Positions 56,707-64,000 of a stretch of 64,000 nucleotides of DNA are shown in pieces; positions within the stretch are counted from its first letter, which is position 1, and each line of letters starts with the position of its first letter. The translations under genes were made by a program, and so were the position numbers. The notes below the pieces were generated by a model. That model ran no database searches. It had not been told where the DNA came from and saw only the letters and a list, made by a program, of their open reading frames with translations. The stretch comes from Opitutales bacterium (GTDB taxonomy: Bacteria; Verrucomicrobiota; Verrucomicrobiia; Opitutales; Seribacteraceae): the NCBI GenBank assembly GCA_038106225.1, contig JAYODK010000001.1, forward strand, positions 2,413-66,412. The letters run 5' to 3'.

Positions 56707-58158
56707 CTAAACTCGCTTTACCGTAAGAAGTGTAAGGTCGTCTCTGTCCAAACCTTGATCACTGAATTTATTTAAATCTTGAACAATTTTCTGATTTAAG
56801 GAGTCAGGGTCGAGATCCGAATATTTTATGAGTTCGTCACTAAGTCTCGACAGACCAAATTCTTCTTTGTCTTGATTAGATGCTTCGGTCACTCCATCAG
56901 TGTAGAGGCAAAGGAGATCACCACTTGTAAAATCAGTTTCCTCATCCTTAACCAGCTCGTTAAAAAGATTTGGCTCTAATATGCCTAATGCCATTCCATT
57001 GCCTCGTAATTCTAAAACAGAAACTTCATCTGCCCTTTCCTGATTCCTTTTCAAAAGAAGAGCAGGTTCATGTCCCGCACGAGCATAGGTAATCTTATCT
57101 GCCTTGGTATCTAAAACAGCCAGAAAAAGAGTTATAAACATATCTTGGCGAATTCTTGGGCAGAGTTCCTCGTTTAAAAGACCAAGAACCTCGGCTGGTG
57201 ATCGACTTTTATGCACTAAATGCCTCAAGTGAGTTTGGCAAAGTGCCATAAGAAGGGAGGCAGGAACCCCCTTACCGGAAACATCGGCGATACAAAGGCA
57301 AAATTTGTGGCTTGAAAGCTTGTAAAAGTCGTAAAAATCACCACCAACCTGTGAAGAAGGAACATACCTTGCACCAATTTCTAATCCTTTAATTAGGGGA
57401 AATTCACGGGTTAAAAATAATTCCTGTACATCGTGTGCCAATCGCAAATCTGCATCCATGCGAGATTTTTCAAATCTCAAGTTCATCGCATCTGAATTCT
57501 TAATCGCAAGAGCAGCCTGCTCCCCGAGAGAATTTATCATCGAAAAATCTGTTTCCGAAAAGGCTACCCCATTGGCAGGATTTGCAACAGCCAGTACCCC
57601 CAAGCATTGATCATCATGAACTAAAGGAGAAAAAATCATCGATCTTACATACAAGCTTTCGTCATTATGTTTGATAACCCTAGGATCGCTCAATGCATTG
57701 GGAATGAAAACCGGCTTTCTGGTCTTCACCACTTGTCCTACTATGCCTTCTTCCGACTCTAGAATTTCTGAGTTTAAAACTTTTTCAATAAATCTGGCCC
57801 GAGGAATATTCTCTTCTTGAGAATTGTTTTTTAAAGCCCTTTGTGGCGGGAAAAGACCTTCAACTGCAACCCCTTTCAATCTTCCGCTTGAAAGTTTTTC
57901 ATAGATACATGCACTCATTGCCCCAGTGGTAATGACTGCAGTATGAACAATTCTTTGATACAAGATTTTTCTTTCAACACCCTCTCCTATTGCCTCAGCA
58001 AGATTGTGCATGAATTCGACAGCAATTTTCTTTTCTTGAGTAAGTTGAGTTTTCTGCTCATGGAGGACCTTGCGGATTTTATTCCACTTTTGTCGGGCCA
58101 AGAACAAAGTTCCTAGACCAATAAATAACCCGCTTAAGAACCAAAATATTGTCAGCAT
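56707..58158 (-). CDS. Membrane-anchored GAF-domain PP2C (SpoIIE/RsbU-type) serine phosphatase
   Basis: 483 aa. N-terminal TM, a GAF-like middle, and a C-terminal PP2C with GGDFYDF, IADVSGKGVPASLLMA, ARAGHEP and LYTDGVTEA. Confidence 0.88.
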   Translation of the reverse strand: MLTIFWFLSGLFIGLGTLFLARQKWNKIRKVLHEQKTQLTQEKKIAVEFMHNLAEAIGEGVERKILYQRIVHTAVITTGAMSACIYEKLSSGRLKGVAVEGLFPPQRALKNNSQEENIPRARFIEKVLNSEILESEEGIVGQVVKTRKPVFIPNALSDPRVIKHNDESLYVRSMIFSPLVHDDQCLGVLAVANPANGVAFSETDFSMINSLGEQAALAIKNSDAMNLRFEKSRMDADLRLAHDVQELFLTREFPLIKGLEIGARYVPSSQVGGDFYDFYKLSSHKFCLCIADVSGKGVPASLLMALCQTHLRHLVHKSRSPAEVLGLLNEELCPRIRQDMFITLFLAVLDTKADKITYARAGHEPALLLKRNQERADEVSVLELRGNGMALGILEPNLFNELVKDEETDFTSGDLLCLYTDGVTEASNQDKEEFGLSRLSDELIKYSDLDPDSLNQKIVQDLNKFSDQGLDRDDLTLLTVKRV

Positions 58159-58174
58159 CTTAGGGGTGACAGCA

Positions 58175-58669
58175 TTATTCTTCCTCTTTTTTTTGCTCTA
58201 AATAATTCACAACATCGGAGAAGACTTTTAAGTTTTTGTTATTGAGACTCATGAGGGCTTTATGGGCTTTGTAAATAGTTTCTGAATCAACGCTAGATTT
58301 AGCTAAGGTTTGATTGAGTCTTTCTAATTGCTCTAAATCCTTAATTTCTTCGGAGCTAACTTCAGTAATCTGATGAATTCCTAAATTGCATACAGTTTCC
58401 AAGTTTCTGCCAGTCAAATTTAGCAGTATCATACTGCCACCCTCTTGTGCGGTTCGAATCTTTAAGGCAACGCTAACAAGAATACCCAAGAAAGTACTGT
58501 CCATGCTAGAACAATTTTGAAAATCTATAACATACCTTTTCTGCCCAAGCTTAGCTTGTTCTTGGAAAAATTTTCGAAGCGGCTCACAATTTAAATAGGA
58601 AGCTTTGTCGTATATTTTAACAAAAGCTCTATCAGGGGTTACATGAACTCGATAATTTATGTCCACCAA
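58175..58669 (-). CDS. STAS-domain protein (anti-sigma-factor antagonist-like)
   Basis: 164 aa with a TTG or GTG start. CSSMDSTFLGILV contains the usual phosphorylatable Ser context. Lies directly upstream of the PP2C gene. Confidence 0.75.
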   Translation of the reverse strand: MVDINYRVHVTPDRAFVKIYDKASYLNCEPLRKFFQEQAKLGQKRYVIDFQNCSSMDSTFLGILVSVALKIRTAQEGGSMILLNLTGRNLETVCNLGIHQITEVSSEEIKDLEQLERLNQTLAKSSVDSETIYKAHKALMSLNNKNLKVFSDVVNYLEQKKEEE

Positions 58670-58716
58670 TGAATTTTAGGCTTATGTAAAGGGGTGATAA
58701 GAGGGCGTATGGAAGA

Positions 58717-59184
58717 TCAAAGAGAATTTTTAATTTCCGCGAAATCCGGAAGTTGCTTGGGGTCATCAGATGACCATGAGAAAGTGATTTTGCCTTCTTT
58801 TGAAATCACAAAGGCGGATCTCTTGGATACTCCATTGAAGCCAATAAAGTCCTCATATAAGACTCCGTATGTTTTTGATACACTTTTATTGAAATCACTG
58901 AGAAGAGGAAAGTTAAGCCCTTCCTTAAGAGACATGGCTTCCTGTGCAAAGGGACTGTCAACACTAATACCGAAAACCTTGGCATTTAAATTTTCATAAT
59001 CCGATAAATCGTCTCTTACCGAACAGGCTTCTGCCATGCAAACACTTGTAAACGCAAAAGGGAAAAATAGGAGTACCACGCTGGAATTACCTTGATAGTC
59101 TGCTAAAGTTATATCCTTAAGCCCTTCAGCAGTTTTAGTCTTAAGGGTGAAGTTTGGGGCATCTGAGCCAATTTCTATGGTCAT
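58717..59184 (-). CDS. Peroxiredoxin (AhpC/TSA family, BCP/AhpE-like)
   Basis: 155 aa from the ATG at 59184 (MTIEIGSDAPNFTL). The peroxidatic Cys context is FFPFAFTSVC. The ORF-track TTG at 59211 is less likely. Confidence 0.88.
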   Translation of the reverse strand: MTIEIGSDAPNFTLKTKTAEGLKDITLADYQGNSSVVLLFFPFAFTSVCMAEACSVRDDLSDYENLNAKVFGISVDSPFAQEAMSLKEGLNFPLLSDFNKSVSKTYGVLYEDFIGFNGVSKRSAFVISKEGKITFSWSSDDPKQLPDFAEIKNSL

Positions 59185-59300
59185 ATCTTGTAGTGAGTAG
59201 GGGTTAATCAAAAGTATTATTTGGTAATACTTGATAAATATCTTGCAAGCTGAATCACAGCGATAATTTTGCCATTCCTATATCATAGAAAATCTACAAT

Positions 59301-60500
59301 ATGATAGGAACATATATTCGTAATATGAAGATAGATAAATTGTTAGATAATGCAGAAGTAATTATTGGGCAGGAAGAATTGCTCGCCAACTTAAATAGTG
59401 GTCGCAAACTCAAGGTTAAGTTCGGGGTAGATCCGACAAGGCCTGATCTAACCTTTGGACATTTGGTGGTTTTTAATAAATTGAGACAATTTCAGGATCT
59501 TGGTCACGAAGCAATTCTTCTGATAGGAGATTACACAGCAAGAATTGGAGACCCAAGTGGCCGTTCTGAGCTTCGACCAGAGTTGACTGAAACTGAGGTA
59601 GAGGAGAATGCACGAACTTACCTAGACCAAGCGTTCAAGATTCTTGATCGTGATAAAACGGTAGTTCGTAGAAATAGCGAGTGGTTTGGTACGATGAGCT
59701 TCGCTGATGCCCTTTCTCTGACCAGGAGCATGACGGTTGCACGGATGCTAGAAAGGGATGACTTCGAGAAACGCTTTAAATCAAATCAACCTATTTCTAT
59801 GGTTGAATTTATGTATCCATTAATTCAAGGATTTGATTCTATAGTACTCGGATCAGATTTAGAATTAGGAGGCAGTGATCAATTGTTTAATATGCTGGTA
59901 GGGAGGAATTTACAAAAAGAAAAAGGTGCCTCCCCGCAGGCGGTAATGACCTTGCCCTTGCTGGTCGGTTTGGATGGTTCTAGGAAAATGTCCAAAAGTT
60001 ATGATAACTACATTGCTTTTAACGACACTTCCAAGGACATATTTGGAAAAATTATGTCAATTTCCGACGAAGTGATGTGGGATTATTATCGACTACTACT
60101 GCTCAAAGAAAAACAAGATATTGATGCTTTGAAAAGAATTCACCCGATGGAGTGTAAAAAGCAATTGGCTAGAGACCTGACTGCATTGTTCTATGGAAAA
60201 GACCTAGCACAAAAAGAATGTGATGCTTTTTTGCAGGTTTTTTCTAAAGGTCAGAATCCAGATGATATGACAGAGGTTTCCATTGCTAGCTTAAAATCTG
60301 ATAAACCAACACTTCTAAATCTTCTAGCAGAATCAGGTCATTTTGAATCAAAGGGCGAAATTCGCCGATTGATTTCTCAGGGGGCAGTTAAATTAGATGG
60401 AGAAAAAATTGAAAACGCAGAATTTGATCTGACGGAAATCGATAAAACGAACCAAATTATCAAAGCTGGAAAAAAAACCTTCATTCGAGTGGTTGATTAA
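59301..60500 (+). CDS. tyrS: Tyrosine-tRNA ligase
   Basis: 399 aa (an alternative ATG lies at 59325). HIGH-class motif variant PDLTFGHLV, a KMSKS motif, and a C-terminal S4-like GEIRRLISQGAVKLDGEKI. Confidence 0.93.
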   Translation: MIGTYIRNMKIDKLLDNAEVIIGQEELLANLNSGRKLKVKFGVDPTRPDLTFGHLVVFNKLRQFQDLGHEAILLIGDYTARIGDPSGRSELRPELTETEVEENARTYLDQAFKILDRDKTVVRRNSEWFGTMSFADALSLTRSMTVARMLERDDFEKRFKSNQPISMVEFMYPLIQGFDSIVLGSDLELGGSDQLFNMLVGRNLQKEKGASPQAVMTLPLLVGLDGSRKMSKSYDNYIAFNDTSKDIFGKIMSISDEVMWDYYRLLLLKEKQDIDALKRIHPMECKKQLARDLTALFYGKDLAQKECDAFLQVFSKGQNPDDMTEVSIASLKSDKPTLLNLLAESGHFESKGEIRRLISQGAVKLDGEKIENAEFDLTEIDKTNQIIKAGKKTFIRVVD

Positions 60501-60511
60501 AAAACACCAAA

Positions 60512-63500
60512 TTATTTTTCAGCCAATACCTTTTTGAGAAATTTTACAGTCGGAGAGGATTTATTTTTTAGTATAGAATTTACAGAACCTTGGTGTAGAA
60601 GTTTGCCACCACTAGCACCACCCTTGGGACCTAACTCGATCAGGTAATCTGCTTCAGCGATTAAATCCACATCGTGTTCGATAACCACAACGGTATGTCC
60701 TTCATCAACCAATTGATGTAAGAGAATAATTAGCTTTTCACAGTCCTGTGGATGTAAGCCGATTGTGGGCTCTTCCAAAACATAAAAATTCCTTTTTATC
60801 CTTGATGACTTTCTTCCTTGAAGCTCAATGCCATTTGCCAATTCAGATACAAGTTTTAACCTTTGGGCTTCTCCTCCTGACAAGGTTGGTGATGTTTGTC
60901 CAAGCTTCAAATACCCAAGCCCAGTTTGGTTCATAAGCAGAAAACTTTTTCTCAGTAATTCATCAAAGGAGAAAAAATCAACCGCTTCTTCGAAAGTCAT
61001 ATTTAAAATTTCTGCAATATTTTTGCCATGCCAACACAAATTCAGAACTTCTTCTTTATATCTCTTTCCTTCGCACGCATCGCACACAATGTAAGTATCG
61101 GGAAGAAAATTCATTTCTAATTTTACACGGCCTGCTCCCTTGCAATTTTCGCATCGCCCGCCCTTGACGTTAAATGAAAAGTCACTTGAAGTTAGTCCCC
61201 TTGCTTTTGCCTCTGGCAAGGAAGAGATTAAATCCCTAATCCTAGACCAAACTCCCAAGTAAGTTGCTGGGGTCGAGCGAGATGTTTTTCCGATAGGTGC
61301 CTGACTAACCTCTATGGCTTTTGCAAAATGATTGCCATTTTTGAGAACATAATTCCCATCTTTGACTAAATTCGTGCGACCATTGATAGAGATTTTGATT
61401 CCTTGAAAAAGGGGGCCACGGATCAGGCTAGATTTACCAGCTCCAGAGACACCGCAACATACAGTTAACCGGCCAATGGGAATTCTTAATGAAAGGTTTT
61501 TTAGGTTACGAAAGGTTACCTTAGACAATTCCACATATTTGCAATCTGATTTAACTTTGACTGGATGGAGCTTTCGCCAGAAGCCTTTCAAGGGATGCGG
61601 CATTCCTTTGGATAGATATTTTCCAGTGCCTGAATGTCCATTTTCTGCAACTGCTTGAGGTTTTCCCATATCCACTATATTTCCCCCATGCTCACCCGCA
61701 TGAGGACCAATCTCTATTATACAGTCGGCTTGTAAAATAGTTTCCTGATCATGTTCAACCACAAGTAAAGAATTTCCTTTCAATTGAAGGCTTCGCAAAG
61801 AATCAATTAATTTTTGATTGTCTGCAGGATGCAGACCAATTGAGGGCTCATCCAAGACATAAAGTACTCCTGAGAGGTTTGATCCTAGTTGTGCGGCAAG
61901 GCGTATTCTTTGTGATTCTCCTCCTGATAGAGAAGCAGTTTCTCGATTGAGGGATAAATATTCTAAACCCACATCGCTCATAAAGTTCAATCGGCGGAAA
62001 ACTTCGGGCAAAATAGAATCCAAAATAACTCTTTGCTCATTGTTCACCTTGATATTCTCAAGGAAACTTTTGATATCTGTTGGAGGTAGGGCAAGTAATT
62101 GGGGTAAAGAATAACTCTTTTTGTTTTTTGAAAATAAATATACATTTCGCCCAATAGGATTCAAACGATCACCAGAACATGACGGGCAAGTGGAGCCATC
62201 TTCCAAGCTCCACCACTGACCGCTTGCAGGAAGCTCTTCTTTCATCCAGTCATAAATTCTTCCATATCCACGACAAGAAGGGCACCAACCACGAGGTGAA
62301 TTCCACGAAAGTAAAGATGGCTCAAGTTCGGGATAAGCCTCCCCGGTTCTAGGATCTGATTTGTGAATGGAAAACCAGGAGGTTTCCCCATCTGCCAGAA
62401 GTAATAAACAGCGACCTTTCCCAATTTCTAGAGCATATTGGACTAATCCTTCCAGAATCATAGGCTTTGGGGGCTTTGTCCAAGATCTCAAAACCAACTC
62501 TATATCATGGAGGCGATAGCGATCCAGTCCTTTGAAGGACTGGGTTGATAGAATTTTACCATCGCATCGAACATATTCAAACCCTTGATCTTTTGCCCAA
62601 TTAATAAGTGGTTTGTGATGACCTTTTCGATTGGTAACTAGTGGGGTGAGGAGTTGAGCACTCTTCGATTTCTTCATCTTTTGGGCAATGACTTTGCAAA
62701 TCTCTTGCTTAGTTGAAGATACTAATGGAGCTCCATTCTCTGGGCTACATTGAAGACCGATCCGTGCATACAATAATCTAAAATATTGGGCAATTTCAGT
62801 AATTGAGCCAACTGTTGACTTTTTTGAGCCCCGAGTGACTCTTTGCTCGATCGCTACAGTGGGGGAAATCCCCGTTATTAAATCGACATTGGGTCTTCCA
62901 ATCTGCTGCACAAATTGACGGGCATAGGAGGACATCGATTCCATGAATCTTCGCTGGCCCTCTGCAAAAATTACATCAAACGCTAAAGAAGATTTTCCGG
63001 AGCCTGAAGGACCAGTTACAACCACAAACTTATTTGATGGAATGCTAATATTTAAATCTTTAAGATTATTTTCCCGGGCACCGAAAATTTCGATAGCTCT
63101 TTTTTTTGTGTAAGTAGCATTTCCAGTTTGACGCCTAGAGGATTGTTTCTCGAATACCTTCTCATATTGCCCGGTTAAGTTTTGAAACAATTTTCCAGTT
63201 GGAGTATTCAGGCAGTGAAAATCCTTCGGAGTTCCACTGGCAATTACTTTGCCGCCCAATTTGCCTGCACCAGGACCCAACTCAACAATCCAGTCACACT
63301 GTTTAAGAACAGATGGGTGATGCTCGATTACTATCAAGGAGTGTCCGCATGAGACAACTTTGCTCAAACAATCTATAAGTTGTTGAACATCTGAAAGATG
63401 TAATCCAGTAGTCGGTTCATCTAGCAACAAAAGAGCGGGAGTGCTGTTATTGCTAAGAGGACTCATGTACTTAGCTAATTTTAACCTCTGCGACTCGCCA

Positions 63501-64000
63501 CCGGAGAGGGTGTTCAAGGGCTGTCCAAGTTTCAAATATCCCAATCCGAGATCTTTGAGCAAAGTGAGTTGCCTATGTGTCTTGGGGAGTTTGTAAAATC
63601 TTTTTTGTGCCTCGGAAATAGAAAGATTCAAAGTTTCTGCCACATTAAGACCATCTAGGCGAATTTCCAGAATCTCATCCTTGAAGCGATTGCCTTGACA
63701 GAGCTTGCAAGGTATCGATATGTCAGGCAAAAATTGCATTTCAATATTTTCATATCCAAGACCCATACACGAGTCACAACGACCCAGTCCTGAATTAAAA
63801 GAAAAGTCTGAGGCACAGAAACCAGATGATTTCGCCTCTTGGGTGCGTCCAAATGCCTCCTTTACAGGACTCCATGCATCCGCATAGAGAACTGGATTTG
63901 ATCTAGGGGAACGTGCAACTGTTCCTTGGTCGATCATAACGACTTCGGAAAAGGCAAGAGTGCTCTTGACCCAACCCTGAGGAGACCCGTTACTTAGTTC
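60512..64000 (-). CDS. UvrA-like ABC ATPase: one complete UvrA unit preceded in frame by the C-terminal half of another (5' end outside window)
   Basis: The frame stays open from the internal Met at 63937 to nt 64000 (...AFSEVVMIDQGTVARSPRSNP). The upstream module has Zn motif CDSC..CKLC, LSGGESQRLKL and LLLLDEPTTGLH. A full unit follows: GPSGSGKSSLAFD, LSGGESQRIRL, GVSGAGKSS, CENC..CDAC, LSGGEAQRLKL and YVLEEPTIGLH. Confidence 0.88.
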   Translation of the reverse strand, partial: ELSNGSPQGWVKSTLAFSEVVMIDQGTVARSPRSNPVLYADAWSPVKEAFGRTQEAKSSGFCASDFSFNSGLGRCDSCMGLGYENIEMQFLPDISIPCKLCQGNRFKDEILEIRLDGLNVAETLNLSISEAQKRFYKLPKTHRQLTLLKDLGLGYLKLGQPLNTLSGGESQRLKLAKYMSPLSNNSTPALLLLDEPTTGLHLSDVQQLIDCLSKVVSCGHSLIVIEHHPSVLKQCDWIVELGPGAGKLGGKVIASGTPKDFHCLNTPTGKLFQNLTGQYEKVFEKQSSRRQTGNATYTKKRAIEIFGARENNLKDLNISIPSNKFVVVTGPSGSGKSSLAFDVIFAEGQRRFMESMSSYARQFVQQIGRPNVDLITGISPTVAIEQRVTRGSKKSTVGSITEIAQYFRLLYARIGLQCSPENGAPLVSSTKQEICKVIAQKMKKSKSAQLLTPLVTNRKGHHKPLINWAKDQGFEYVRCDGKILSTQSFKGLDRYRLHDIELVLRSWTKPPKPMILEGLVQYALEIGKGRCLLLLADGETSWFSIHKSDPRTGEAYPELEPSLLSWNSPRGWCPSCRGYGRIYDWMKEELPASGQWWSLEDGSTCPSCSGDRLNPIGRNVYLFSKNKKSYSLPQLLALPPTDIKSFLENIKVNNEQRVILDSILPEVFRRLNFMSDVGLEYLSLNRETASLSGGESQRIRLAAQLGSNLSGVLYVLDEPSIGLHPADNQKLIDSLRSLQLKGNSLLVVEHDQETILQADCIIEIGPHAGEHGGNIVDMGKPQAVAENGHSGTGKYLSKGMPHPLKGFWRKLHPVKVKSDCKYVELSKVTFRNLKNLSLRIPIGRLTVCCGVSGAGKSSLIRGPLFQGIKISINGRTNLVKDGNYVLKNGNHFAKAIEVSQAPIGKTSRSTPATYLGVWSRIRDLISSLPEAKARGLTSSDFSFNVKGGRCENCKGAGRVKLEMNFLPDTYIVCDACEGKRYKEEVLNLCWHGKNIAEILNMTFEEAVDFFSFDELLRKSFLLMNQTGLGYLKLGQTSPTLSGGEAQRLKLVSELANGIELQGRKSSRIKRNFYVLEEPTIGLHPQDCEKLIILLHQLVDEGHTVVVIEHDVDLIAEADYLIELGPKGGASGGKLLHQGSVNSILKNKSSPTVKFLKKVLAEK

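Noticed and set aside
59212-59300. T-box leader upstream of tyrS
   Set aside because: The spacer is under 120 nt and is shared with a divergent gene. It is far too short for a T-box and shows no specifier or antiterminator architecture.
1-64000. Scan for CRISPR arrays, tandem repeats, IS ends, toxin-antitoxin pairs and defence genes
   Set aside because: Reading both strands revealed no regularly spaced direct repeats, no terminal inverted repeats flanking transposase-like ORFs, and no nuclease, methylase or retron-type genes. A manual scan cannot exclude short or degenerate elements.

Overview
This 64-kb window comes from a low-GC (about 40% by eye, not computed) diderm bacterium. BamA, Skp, LpxD, TolC and a TonB-dependent receptor are all present. 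The QW-repeat membrane protein and the tailed ribosomal proteins suggest a PVC/Verrucomicrobia-like lineage, but that is inference only. Most of the window is conserved housekeeping.

Layout:
- 0-14.7 kb: the end of fusA, then a very compact S10-spc-alpha super-operon with 24 r-protein genes plus secY and rpoA. It lacks tuf, rpmD, adk, map, infA and rpmJ.
- 14.8-21.4 kb: guaA, hisD-hisC-hisB-hisH and gltA.
- 21.4-25.4 kb: a membrane protein, a stand-alone coaB, and a soluble PAS histidine kinase with a sigma54-dependent response regulator.
- 25.4-35.4 kb (most accessory-like): tRNA-Asn, a TonB-dependent receptor with a double palindrome upstream, tRNA-Arg, a membrane-anchored QW-repeat toroid protein, DUF3050, an aldose-epimerase-like gene, and an NfeD-NfeD-FloA flotillin operon.
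- 35.5-42.3 kb: a tightly coupled 7-gene minus-strand operon. It encodes a HlyD adaptor, an ABC ATPase, two FtsX permeases and TolC, plus two Cys-rich exported proteins of unknown function.
- 42.3-42.9 kb: a 570-bp very AT-rich spacer.
- 42.9-53.4 kb: rplY-pth-rpsF-ssb-rplI (no rpsR), then dnaB-bamA-skp-lpxD-prs-htrA.
- 53.4-60.5 kb: pyrE, an MsbA-like exporter, DUF5069, a GAF-PP2C phosphatase with a STAS protein, a peroxiredoxin and tyrS.
- 60.5-64 kb: a UvrA-like gene that runs off the window and contains more than one UvrA unit in a single reading frame.

I saw no CRISPR array, IS element, integrase, phage gene or recognisable defence gene. The best candidates for undescribed biology are the efflux operon with its Cys-rich partners and the tandem UvrA. 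Neither can be established from sequence reading alone.
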